64,000 nt of DNA from Mytilus californianus. Lineage: Eukaryota. The number at the start of each line of letters is the position of its first letter. Positions within the stretch are counted from its first letter, which is position 1. The translations under genes and the position numbers were made by a program. Location of the stretch: positions 24,304,001 to 24,368,000 of the forward strand of contig NW_026262626.1 in assembly GCF_021869535.1 (NCBI RefSeq), read 5' to 3'. Below the pieces are notes generated by a model. The model ran no database searches. It saw only the letters and a program-made list of their open reading frames with translations, and was not told the DNA's origin. Shown here piece by piece: positions 13,443 through 24,899 of the stretch.

Positions 13443-13698
13443 CTCGTATATGATCAGGAATATGCATATTTCTGGTCTCGTCTATATCCGTTCTGTAGTA
13501 AAAAACCGCATCTTTAATGTCTTTTATTTCATCCTGAAAGCCAATCATATCATTTTGTAATTGATACACCTCATCTTTAATTTTACAGATATTCTTCCTC
13601 ATATTTTTCATTTCATTTGTTTGGGATCCAATAAATTGCTTGCATTCTAGTGCTGATATCTCAGGTTTCATTGCTCCTTGACTAACTCTGTTGATAGC
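13443..13698 (-). CDS. Paralog-1 exon 4: end of HEPN domain plus coiled-coil linker
   Basis: Acceptor tctag|GCT (phase 0), donor G|GTAAGT (phase 1). Reads AINRVSQGAMKPEISALECKQF...EMKNMRKNICKIKDEVYQLQNDMIGFQDEIKDIKD...HIPDHIR(E), with a heptad pattern. Confidence 0.85.
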
Positions 13699-13824
13699 CT
13701 AGATATAAAAAGATAAATTTGATATGACAAATTGAACCAGAAATACTTTTTAATGAATGGTAACAGCTTTTACAGATAGTTATGTTCGTGGAAGGCTATA
13801 TCATTATGAATAATTTTTACCGCC

Positions 13825-14041
13825 AGACTTAAGCGCCACTTTTGGGCTATTTCGTTGCGGCCAGTTTTTTTTTTTGGTGGAGGAAGCCGGAGTGCCCAGA
13901 GAAAACCTCCGACCTTCGATTAGAAAACTGATTGGAGTCGAGTGCACCCTCATGAGCGGAGTTCGAACTCAAAACCTCATTGTTGACTGGTTAGTGATTC
14001 CAATAGTAGAACTAGTTAGACCACTTGGCCACCGAGGCCCC
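13825..14041 (-). mobile_element. tRNA-derived SINE with Deu/Nin-like central domain
   Basis: Reverse complement shows A box GGTGGCCAAGTGG, B box GAGTTCGAACTC, then GGTTTTCTCTGGGCACTCCGGCTTCCTCCACC and an A-run. Confidence 0.75.
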
Positions 14042-15079
14042 TCAAAAACTAAAAAAGCATTAGCAAGACACTTATGAAATTTAGCAGAATTGATGTTATC
14101 AATATGTAGATGTATAATTGATAATTTGGATTGAAATCGAAGCACTGTTTTAAAGCACTAATCGTGGTAAAATAAAAACCCAAAAAGAATGTGAATGATA
14201 CTAACCAACTTTTGCACAGCTGTTGTGTATAATATTAAGATATGTATGATATATACGTGCAAATTAATTGTTGATATATTGTCATACAAGTGAGAGGTTT
14301 AGCTACGTATAAAACAGGTTTAAATCAACATTTTCTACATTAGAGTGTGTTTGAGCTTTTGATTTTGGTATTATTATGATTAATATTATAACCCAATGTT
14401 GACTGCAGTACCCCTGTTTTTGACATTTTTATTATGTCTGTTTGTTTTGTTCATACATGTACATCGTCAATATAATATTATTTTATGCTTGATTCCAGGT
14501 GTAAAAATACTAGTGTTTAGTTAGAAATATCATACATGTATATTTTGATAAATAATTCAAATTTGTTAGCTCGGTTTTTAACGAAAAAAAAAAAAAAAAA
14601 ATATTTTAATAATTATTCCATATTGATTAAAAGAATTTTTCCGAATTTTGAAAGAACAATTGAGGTAAAAACACCCTATTTAAAAGGAAATAAATACAGA
14701 AATAAGTCATAGTGAGCTAGAGTTATAGGAAACTGATATTTACTTCCAACATTTTCTCAATTTTTTCTTGTCAAATTTTCAGAAAATGGAAAGCCTATTA
14801 CATGTTGTACTTATTTTATATCAATTTTAGTACAAATATTCTATGACTAACACTTAGATGCGCAGGCGGGGTCCTTCCTATCAATTTTTCTAAAAAAAAT
14901 TTTTTTTTATCTATTTACAGGATTAAGTCAGGCCCCTAAAATTGACCCAGTCTTTCATTTTAAAGAAAAAATATTTATAATAATTCGTTCACCATACTTA
15001 TCAAGTTATTAAATGCTATGAGTTTAAACGAAATTATGTTAAGAGTAAATAAAAGTAAATTCTTAATATGCTAGTAAAC

Positions 15080-15318
15080 CTGAGAAAGGTCTTTCCATTG
15101 ATCTTGAAATTTTTGATCATTGATCTTCAATTCTGTATTATGTGCTATTGAATTTCTGTAGTAACGGATTCTTTCTATGTCGTCTGAAATCAGTTGATCA
15201 CCAGATAATGGTTTTTGTCCCCATCCTCTTGTTGGTGGAGGTATTTTATGGTTAAATGTATTCCTGATTAGTTTGTACAGCAAACTAAAGTCAAAGTCAA
15301 TACTATTAGCAGATCCAC
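15080..15318 (-). CDS. Paralog-1 exon 3: DZIP3-like HEPN core
   Basis: Acceptor tttcag|GT (phase 1), donor CAG|GTTTAC (phase 0). Reads GSANSIDFDFSLLYKLIRN...PPTRGWG...ISDDIERIRYYRNSIAH...QWKDLSQ, containing the HEPN R-N-x3-H motif. Confidence 0.9.
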
Positions 15319-16227
15319 CTGAAACTATAATATAACAGTTAAATCTAAAGCAAATAGGAACGGAATTTCAAACATTATGTAAATCTAGAAATTAAGTATC
15401 ACAGGAATCACTTGAACAATATATCAACTGATCGAACGAATGGATACTTTCTCTTCTGACTAAGTGAAGCCTCTTCCAATACCGGGAGCGGTAAACAAGA
15501 ATCAATAGAATGTTAATAAACTGAATAGCTAAATTTAGCAGGATTTTGAATCAATTTACACTCTATCTGACTCTTAGTGTTCTGTATTCAAGTTTTTCAT
15601 GTGATTAAATAAAAAATAAAAAAGGAGATGTGGTACTATTGCCAATGAGACAACTTCTCTCCAGGAATTTAACTGATGTAGAAGATTAGCAACTTTATGT
15701 CATTTTTCGGCTTTCACCAATAAGCACAACCCATACCATATACCACATATCAAACTATAAAAGCTTCCCAAGTATATTTGCCCATGTGACTTTCAACGAC
15801 TTTGTTCGTCTTATTTTAACAGTATTTAAGAAAAAACCACTATGTAGAAAAAAACATATTGTTTTGTATAGAAAGCTTGTAAACGAGCTTGGTTATTGTA
15901 TTTGATCGAACTATAATTTAAAGAACCTTAGACCTTTTGTAAATATTGTATTGAAAAATATGAGTACGTTAGTAAATGAAAATGTTAAACACAGTAAAAA
16001 TATATTTTGAAAAGAAAGGTAAACACTTCATTCTACAATTAGTCGTTACCTCTTTGTAAAAAAATATTGACAAATTGGAAACAAAGTGAGACATTTTCAA
16101 ATTGAACTTTCTGGCATTAAACCGTTTCCCCCTCTTATTTACAGTAAATCTAATACAAATCATAGCATCACAGAAAGGAAAGAAGCCAAGATAGGTAAAA
16201 AATCGTACTCAAAAGGTTAAGACTGAT

Positions 16228-16541
16228 TTATGATTGACAACATATTTGTTACGTTTGGAGGACGTTTTTTTCATCAAACTATCGGCATTCCCATTGGAAC
16301 CAATTGTGCCCCTCTTCTTGCCGACTTGTTCCTTTGTTATAATGAGGCTGACTTCATACAGGAACTTCTAAGGAAGTAAAAAAAGAAGTTAGCATTATAC
16401 TTTAACTTTTCTTTCCACTATATAGATGATGTTCTCTCACTAAATAATTCAAAATTTGGTGACTGAGTTGAAGGCGTCTATCCCATCGAAGTAGAGATAA
16501 AGGATACAACAGAAACACTTTAGTCTGCCTCATATCTTGAC
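16228..16541 (+). mobile_element. Penelope-like reverse transcriptase relic, part 1
   Basis: Degenerate reading IDNIFVTFGG...GIPIGTNCAPLLADLFL...YIDDVLSLNNSKFG...YPIEVEIKDTTE...SASYLDL, with stops and frameshifts. Confidence 0.85.
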
Positions 16542-16789
16542 TTAATTTGACCTGTTGATACTATTTGTAATGCTTTTTTGTTGTTTAATGTTAACATGTA
16601 TCTGGTCTATATACCAGCTTTGATTGTTTGGAATTACTATAAATTTTCACTACTTCGTACTATAAACATTAAAACTATTTCCTTTCTCCTTTTATACTGT
16701 ATATAATTTAGTGTAGATAAGTTTTCATTAGTGGGCAGACCTTTATTATTTATTCATCGGGATTTTACCCATTTTCCTATGTAAGGCAA

Positions 16790-17035
16790 GTTGGCAGGAG
16801 TAAATTTAGCGTGATTTAACCCTTTTTCATAAGTGTGTCGAGTTGGTAAACCCGAGGATTTGTATAGTAATCTATACAAATCCTTGGTTAACCAGTGTGT
16901 GGCATTTTTTTTTAAAGTGGGGCGAGTTGGTAAACAAGAGTGAGGGCGATTTTTAAAAAAGTGGGGCGAGTTTGTGAAAAAGTGGGGCGATTTGGTGTTG
17001 GGAGATTTGCCAGTGGGGCGAGTTGTCTTGCTTCC
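16790..17035. repeat. Short element with repeated TGGGGCGAGTT motifs, inside the insertion splitting the RT
   Basis: About six imperfect copies of (T)GGGGCGAGTT(G); accounts for ORFs 16754..17074 and 16940..17254. Confidence 0.5.
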
Positions 17036-17429
17036 ATATACATCACACTTCCGGCTCCTGTACATAAAGAACACGAAGTTTTATCGAGCATCTATTTTAT
17101 AGTTTTATTGTTGATATTCACCCTACATTTACGAAGTCTTAGAATAGTTTTATTGATATACAAGAGATTTCTTGGTATTCCTAAACGGAAGATTATACAG
17201 ACAGAAGAAGAAGTATACTTAACAACAAAATTATTTTCATTTACCGGTGTATAATATGACGTATTTTTTTCAAAGTTGATGCTTTTCTGAAATTGTTTAA
17301 CATTTCATAGCGGTATAATGTTTTTACTTTAATTATTCATCCCTTATTTTTATTAACTTTGTATTTACATTGTATCATAGATCTAATTTATTCGTTTATT
17401 GTGTGTTAATTTGTGTTACTACGTTTTTT

Positions 17430-17845
17430 GCTTGAGTTAAGCCATTCCAATTGATATTTTATAGTGTGTCTTTCTATGTTGTGATGTTGCACTATTGTTT
17501 CAGACAAGGGAGAAGGTTTAGTAGCATTAAAACGTTTAATCCCCCTGCAATTGTTTGCACCTGTCCTAAGTCAGGAATCTGATGTTCAGTAGTTGTCGTT
17601 TGTTTATGTGGTTCATAAGTGTTTCTCGTTTCTCGTTTTTTATATAGATTAGACCGTTGGTTTTCCCGTTTGAATGGTTTTACACTAGTATTTTTTTAGG
17701 ACCCTTTATAGCTTGCTGTTTGGTGTGAGCCAAGGCTCCGTGTTGAAGACCGTACCTTGACCTATAATGGTTTACTTTTATAAATTTTGACTTGGATGGA
17801 GAGTTGTCTCATTGGCACTCATACCACATCTTTCTATATCTATTT
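17430..17845 (+). repeat. Dispersed repeat family C (GCACCTGTCCTAAGTCAGGAATCTGATG core)
   Basis: Near-identical copies at 35249-35625 (+), 56565-56920 (+) and ~50275-50535 (-). All share the 3' end GTTGTCTCATTGGCACTCATACCACATC. Confidence 0.75.
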
Positions 17846-18575
17846 ACATCTAGAAATTGACAATGAGGGTTGACCGTTATTGAATATCCGTTTCACAGAT
17901 GAAATCGGATATGTTCCTTATGTCGTAACTACAATCCCGTTCCCTTTTCACGAATGTGACCTACCGAATTAGACTATTTACGACAAAAGAGATGATTTCA
18001 GCTTCCCAATTGTGAACTTTCCATTGCTATGTAGCAACATAACAGCAGTGACTGAATACAGAGTATATATCTCCCAATTGATACGGTATTCCCGGGCTTG
18101 TATTTCCTATCATGATTTCCTTGATAGAGGGTTGCTGCTCACAAGGAAGCTATCAAACCTAGAGTTCCAAATGGTGAAGTTAAAATCATCCCATCGTAAA
18201 TGTTATGGATGCCATCACGAGTTGGTTGACCGTTATGGAATATCTGTTTCACAGATGATATCGGATTTGTTCCTCATGTCGTAACTACAATCCCGTTTCT
18301 TTTTCACGAATGTGACCTACCGAACTAGACTATTTACCGGGTTTATAATAACATGAGCAACACGACGGGTGTCACATGTGAAACAGGATTTGCCACCCCT
18401 TCTAGGGCACCTGAAATCACCCCCAGTTTTTGATGTTGCTTCGTCTTTAGTTTTCTATGATGTGTCTTGTGTACTATTATTTGTCTGTTTGTCTTTTTCT
18501 TTTTTAGCCATGACATTGTAAGTTTATTTTCGATCTATGAGTTTGACTGTCCCTCTGGTATCTTTCGCTCCTCTT
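17846..18575 (+). mobile_element. Penelope-like RT relic, part 2, plus family-B 3' end
   Basis: Resumes HLEIDNEG...YDKRDDFSFPIVNFPLLCSNI...YISQLIRYSRAC...DRYGISVSQMISDLFLMS* (ORF 18012..18284), then GCACCTGAAATCACCCC 3' region. Confidence 0.85.
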
Positions 18576-18724
18576 TTATAAATAGAATACCACTTGACAT
18601 GAACTAACATATTTACGTTCATTCCCGTTTGAACGTAAAACAATCGTGTTTAGGAAAAATACAGACATGAGTAATAACACAACTAAAACACTATAGCATA
18701 CAACTTAAATGTTGTGACACCTAC

Positions 18725-18916
18725 CTGGAAAAAGTATATTTTTTTCATTTTTATTTAATTCTAAACTCCGAAATGTGCCTACATGCGTTGTGAGTGTTGA
18801 GTTCGGAACATGTTTAACAAAAATCAACCTCACAGCATCAGCTGCATGCTTCTGGCACAGTAGGTAGATTTTAAGAAAATTGACTTCTTCTGAGGTCAAC
18901 GACTCTGAGACATTTC
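18725..18916 (-). CDS. Paralog-1 exon 2: N-terminal half of HEPN domain
   Basis: Acceptor ttttag|GA, donor G|GTAGGT, phase 1-1. Reads (G)NVSESLTSEEVNFLKIYLLCQKHAADAVRLIFVKHVPNSTLTTHVGTFRSLELNKNEKNILFP(G). Confidence 0.88.
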
Positions 18917-19366
18917 CTAAAATAAAAAAAAATATTATGATCACTGATTCCTTTCGTCTATACGTTCATTCGTCCGATATCATTTTGTGCCCGTAAGTAT
19001 GTTCTCAACTTACTCTTTGCAGTGGATTTTTGGGTAACTTTTAAACATGTAAAAGAAGATCGTGCATATGATGACTGCAGCAATCTGATCCACTTGTACT
19101 GTGGATTCATTATTATTCGTTGGATACCAATTTCCCTGGTTTTTCGTGGGTACAGGTGATCCACGAATTCAAATGTTAAACGGATTACTCTTTTTCTATG
19201 AATCTATAGTAATTGCAGCTACCGACAAACCTAAAAGGTTTGATGCATCTCTACCTTAAATGATATGAGAGCTAATGACAGGAATGAATCCAAATAGCGT
19301 CTTTTCTTATAATATCATTTAAGGCATTCCAATTATTGCTGAATAAATGTTATGTGTTTTTATTTA

Positions 19367-22300
19367 CAGTACAACCTGTGACTTCCTCTTAGTTATGTCG
19401 ACCCTCTTGTATGGTCACCAGCGAATAGTGGCCATTTATTGGGGTATTCAATCTTGAGATGTTGGTCATTTATTGGGGTCACCTGTTGAAATCTATCGGG
19501 GTTGAAGTTTTTAGCTTGTATGTTTCATTAAGATTTACCTGTACAGGTAACTCAGGTTTCTTCTCAAATTGACATATCACCTTTTCTTTAAAATGTAGAA
19601 TAGAATGTTGTTTTAGTCTTTGTTAATTCATATCATTTGTTGATTTTTCTGTCTTTATATATACATATTTTCCTTTTTTTTATAATGTTTTTTTTTTATT
19701 TTTTATTTGTTTTTTTTTTTTTTGCTTCTTATTCTTTTAATTTCTTCTTGGAAATAATTTTTAGTAGAAATGACAAAAACTCAAAGATAAGTAAAGTTAT
19801 TGACTAGCATTTGAAAACATAACAGAGAATCCTTGAAATTATTTTTACAGTAAAAAAAAAGTTATTGTACATGATGTACATTGTATTCAATTGTTTGTTT
19901 GTATTATTAAATGAATTATTATTAATTATAACTTATAATCATGCAAATGATATGTTTAAAGGAACCATGAAGCAAGTAATTTAATAAGCCTGTTTCTTAA
20001 CTAATTAAAATTATCAATGTCATGAATATCAATCCTTTTACAATAAACTTTGTTAACAAAGTTGTACAATCTATTTTAATGATTATTATTCAGGAAAACT
20101 AAAAATATCATTATATGGCATGTATGGTATATGAATAAACTAGTTTTGTTTATCTTCTATATTTTTCCAAATCTCCAAACTGGAGTTGTGCATGAAGAAT
20201 CACTAGAGACTTAAATTTTTCAAATGGCTACCTAGTTATCATCAAATTTTGATATATGCTAATCATAATGAAAAATGTTCTTATCTCTATATTGATCTGA
20301 ACATGGAAGTAATATTTAAAAGGAATAACAACGACTAATTAGCATGTATTAATGGCATGCAGAGCTCTGTACTAAAGTCATATGATTTTATCCAATTATA
20401 GTCTCAGCGGCAAGACCCCTTTGGTTACTATCTGTGATACCGCGGTTGTAAAATGACATCTGGAATTTCTTATCAGTCACGTGATTTTATCGAGTACGGT
20501 AATTATAAAGCACCTGTGTGAAATCCTAGTTTATTAATTAACAAGGTGGTGCTGTATCATATTAAACTTCTACCTTCCAAAAAAAATCGAATGATGTAAA
20601 AAACTTGAAAAACGGACGAGAATTGTGTACACTACAGCAGTTAAACATAGAAAATTGTATTTATTTTTGCATATTTTTGCTTTTTGCCGTTCGTATTAAA
20701 CTCATCCAAAAGTATTTTCCGATTAAAAGCGGATCCCGAGTAAAACAGGTAATACCGACGAAGCGATCAGGTTTCACATGATGTTTAACAAAATAATGAA
20801 GACAAATGAAGACATAGATTGTTTTACTGTTGAAATGTGCAAAGTTTATCGAGATTTAAAAAAAGGATATTTACTTTCAAGTATTTTAAATTTATGTATA
20901 TGTAATAAATGTCATTGATTACATTATTGAGACTGGAAACTAAAATCGGGATAATAAGTTCGTAAATATCTATTTTAAAAAAGTGTTTTAATACAGTTAA
21001 TATAACACGCTACGGCCAAAAAAAAAAAAAAAAATACAAAATGAGCTTGACCCTATCTGCCTAACCGCATATTCATTTATACAAATTAGTTTAAAGAATA
21101 AAAACGTTTGTGAATATTTTAATTGACTGGTTTACACGCATGACTTGGATTATTCATATTTAATAAAAGGGGGTCCAAACATATTTTTTGTACAATCATA
21201 TTCTTAATTATTTAAGAAATGGGGTCTTAACTGTCTGTAAATATTAATATTGAAAACGAGTCACCCATGTTCTCCAGTTTCTAAGACCAAAATAAACAGA
21301 AATAGGAAAATTATACTAAAATCAACATTGAACGAATTACTCTAGTCGGCAGCGTACATCAGCGGAATGTAACGAGTGGACTATTCGGGTTACTTCGCAC
21401 GTATATACGACAACAACTTGTCTGTTGGTAATTTTCCGTGAACACGAAAACGACCAAAAAGTGTCAGTGATTTGATCGATCACATGCGGTGAATCAACTA
21501 CCATTTCATATCGTAAACTGATTAACGAGTAAACGAAAGATAGGCGGTAACGCAGATGAAACCTTTGAACTGGCGTTGTTGTTATTCCTCTCAATATTAC
21601 TTCCATGATCTGAATAAAGTAAATCTTATGAAAAGAAATTATTTAAAGAAAAAATTGTCTTGCTTTTTGAAACAATTGTAAACTTATCAAATATGTTATC
21701 TTCAGTTTGGCTAATTTTGTCAGTTAACAGGCAAAACTTGTCTCCAGAAAAAATAAAGTACACTTCTATATAGATTGTGACATTTTTATGGTCTATTAAT
21801 TAAATCACTGTTTGTTCTGTGCATTATATTGTCGAAACTGCAGGACTGGCATATGCATGATACATATTCTTGGTATACATTTGCAAAGAATATTTCACTC
21901 AACTCAGGCCTTTTAGATAAAGTTAATAATTGCAGGGACTTGAATGAATTAGATTCATTAAAGCCCTTGATAAAAAAAAATGAATTTTTAAAAAAAAAAA
22001 GAATATTTTTTAAAATAAAATAAAAACTTATGATGAAAACAGTAAACTCAAATGCTTCACTCAGTAAAGAATTAGTGGTCATGATTTAGAAATTGAAAAT
22101 GGTGGATAAAAATTACTATAAACATGATAAAGGATAGAATTGTTTGTAAAATTAATATAACAACTTAGAGATAATCTATTTGAAAATTGTTTACCTTCTC
22201 ATAATGATGTCTCCGACCAGTTTATGAATAAAATCTTGAATCTTATGAATAAAATCTTAACCACGAACAAAAAGTAAAAGAAATGCTAAACCTCTATAAC

Positions 22301-23165
22301 ATAGAACATGTTTAAAATATTGGCTCCTTTATAAAAGATAAGTCATTAGAACTTAGGGCAAAACCTAATATTTTTTTTCCATGTGTTTTGATTTCTTACA
22401 AAATTGTTATTTCTTTGCTTTATAATGATTGTTTTTGGGTTTTTTTTTTGTCAGAAACTTGATTAAATTGTAATATGTTTATATGACAACAAAAATATTA
22501 TCAAATTTTTCTGTAATGAATATTTTGAATATACATGTATTTATTCAATAGAGAAATAATGAATCGCCTAAATTTAACTTAGAATAAGTCATAAAGATCA
22601 TCTTAAACATTTGTTAAACCATGTTAAATGCAGTAAGTACTATATACAATTTTGATTTTAGAAAATTAATTTGAGAAACACCTTTTCAATGGAAAAAAGG
22701 CAGGCATTGTAAAAGTTTGCATTATATTAGATGATGATATTCATTTATACATTTATTATTCATTTGCCAAAAAATACATGTAAAAAATAACTTAAATTGA
22801 TAGAATTATTTAAAAGGTATAACATCAAAACAAACAGTCATGAGAACATTTTTACAAAAAAAAGTTAGGAAGCTATATGTTCAACTAGTTTTATTATTTC
22901 ATTTTATTTTTAGAATTTTCTTGTCATAATCACAGTTATTAAATTTGACAAACACATATATTTTACCTGAGACACTTTACCTGTAAGTTATATAATTTTA
23001 ACACTTCAATGCAGTCAGGATTTCCCTTTATCCTTGACTAGTTTTTTATTAATACCTTGTGTATTAATTAAGCAACGGGAGGTATAATGATGGACATTTA
23101 GGGCCATCATGGTGACCATAATATTTATGGCCACCACTAATAATATAATGTCACAGTTAGAACTG
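19367..23165. mobile_element. ~3.8-kb non-autonomous DNA transposon with TA TSD (Tc1/mariner/pogo-like termini) in intron 1
   Basis: TA|CAGTACAACCTGTGAC ... GTCACAGTTAGAACTG|TA (13/16 match) plus subterminal ATGGTCACCA (19411) / TGGTGACCAT (23110). No transposase ORF seen. Confidence 0.6.
20302..21607. mobile_element. Nested 1.3-kb TIR element with 7-bp TSD (P-element-like termini)
   Basis: ATCTGAA|CATGGAAGTAATATTTAAAAGGAATAACAAC ... GTTGTTATTCCTCTCAATATTACTTCCATG|ATCTGAA. Confidence 0.75.
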
Positions 23166-23319
23166 TATGTAAGACATTTAATTAAATAGACATTACGTTG
23201 CTACGTTAACAGATTATTTATTTTCAGTTAGTAGTTACATCTTAAAAAAAACTGTTGCCGTAGCAACGGAAAAAACGTAATGGCTTCATTTGTAAGAATA
23301 TGTGCATTGTTTCACCTAC

Positions 23320-23392
23320 CTGTAAACTTCCATTTATAATTGTAGACAAACAGTATTCCCAATATTGCAGTAACAACTATTTCAAAAATCAT
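23320..23392 (-). CDS. Paralog-1 first coding exon: N-terminal signal-anchor/TM helix
   Basis: Reads MIFEIVVTAILGILFVYNYKWKFT(G); donor G|GTAGGT phase 1 fits exon 18916. Homologous to 1186-1267; acceptor cttttag| at 23428. Confidence 0.75.
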
Positions 23393-24899
23393 CGTTCTAT
23401 GTATATACGCCTAGATCATGTTCATGCCTAAAAGTAAATAATGTTCCTTGAAATAGTTATCCTTAATAATTGAAGGAATTCACCATTGCAGAAGAATCTA
23501 AAGAACTGTTTCCTCTTATTTCAGTGTTCGTACAAAAAAATAAAAAGTCACGTTATTGGTTTAATTTCCTTTGTTAAGGTCGTTTGGTGCACATTGCTAT
23601 GTTTTGGTGTACTTTTTAGACAATAATACCCACTATGCATTAGATTCTGAAACAACGAGCGAAAAGTGCGAGCAAAACTCATAAATTTAAAGCATTCTCC
23701 TTGAAATTCTATTGACATATACAAATAAAGAGACGTGGTATGATTGCCGTAGAGAAAAATAACAAACTCATGACAGTGTTCTGAATATCAAAGTTTGACT
23801 TAAATTGAGTCAATGGTTTAAGGCTTTAAACTGAAGTAGATGTCTTGTATAGATATGGCTAAAATCATATATTGGAACCTTTATAATCCTTCATAAAATA
23901 AAAGGCGCTATTTGGTTATGTATGGAAAAAAGAAATACAGTTAGACATTAAGTCGCTTGACATCGTTTGCTCTCATAGAAAATATAAGATTGTTTAAAAA
24001 AATGATAAATAGATATCATAAATACTAGTATACTAGAATGCGTTACAGAATAAAGGATATACATTGTATCAATAAGAATTTTCTAATGTGTTATACATGT
24101 TACAGCACTCCTATGTTTATTTAGGAAAAGTTTTGAAAACATTGTGTTTGGAGACGTAACGGATACATTGATTAAGAACTACTAGAAGACGTTGCGGAAA
24201 TACAATGCCTATTCCTTGTCTTGTGTAGGATAAAAACCATTAAAATTATACGGACCAAGAATTTAAATCGGAGGTAAGGAATGTCATCTGAAGATGTCAT
24301 AAAAATACTGCTGTGGTCAGATCTTTGGATTAATGAGAATTGCCTTAAAAGACGCTCACTCTTTTGCCAGGAAATAAAAAAAGCCGATATTTATTTCTTA
24401 GGAAACATCAATACGTTCAAATTAAAAAGCAAGAGGCAAATTTGTATATTGAATACGAGACAAATAATTTAATGAAGTGTCCATGAAATCCAGTAAGATG
24501 CTGATATGATATGCCAGTCCCCTGGTTCAGATTTTAGAATTTTTCTGAAAATTAGCCAAAGCAAAAGATTCCACTGGAAGAACCACGAGTTGCAATGAGT
24601 CTATGAAAATTTAAATTCAATTCAGACACTTGTTTCAAAGTAACGTATGATGGACAAAATGATTTTTTTATTCGCCGTTGATAGAACACTTTAGTTTGTA
24701 ATTCCTTTTAGGTTTTTTGTCCCGATTGTGAAAATTGATAAAAAAAAATCAACATAGAATCATGGAGGACCTATATAAGCGATGCTTATTTTGCATTTTG
24801 CATATTGTCCATGCGTTCCAATCAGAAAATACACTTTTTCATACATTGGTAATAATTTGGTGAATATAATTTTTCTTTTATGTTCGATTGGTAATGTCT

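Larger units (their letters stand above)
9453..23392 (-). pseudogene. TM-HEPN-coiled coil-nSTAND3 NTPase-ankyrin repeat gene (paralog 1), five coding exons, disabled in this assembly
   Basis: Exons 23392-23320, 18916-18725, 15318-15080, 13698-13443 and 12429-9453 all have GT-AG junctions and compatible phases (1,1,0,1). Total 3737 nt, one base short of a codon multiple. In-frame TAA at 12373-12371 and a 1-nt deletion at ~10669. Confidence 0.75.

Noticed and set aside
13980-14041. tRNA gene
   Set aside because: A and B boxes are present but there is no full cloverleaf; it is the head of a SINE.
19013-19100. TM-like reading IAAVIICTIFFYMFK before a GTAAGT donor
   Set aside because: That frame ends in phase 2 whereas exon 18916 needs phase 1, and there is no counterpart in paralog 2. 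It could still be a minor alternative exon.
21337-21606. 89-aa ORF inside the P-like element
   Set aside because: Starts within the TIR and has no THAP or transposase motif.
21800-21920. HCLFC..YCRNCRTGICMIH zinc-finger-like reading (piggyBac CRD-like)
   Set aside because: Too short, with no adjoining transposase sequence.
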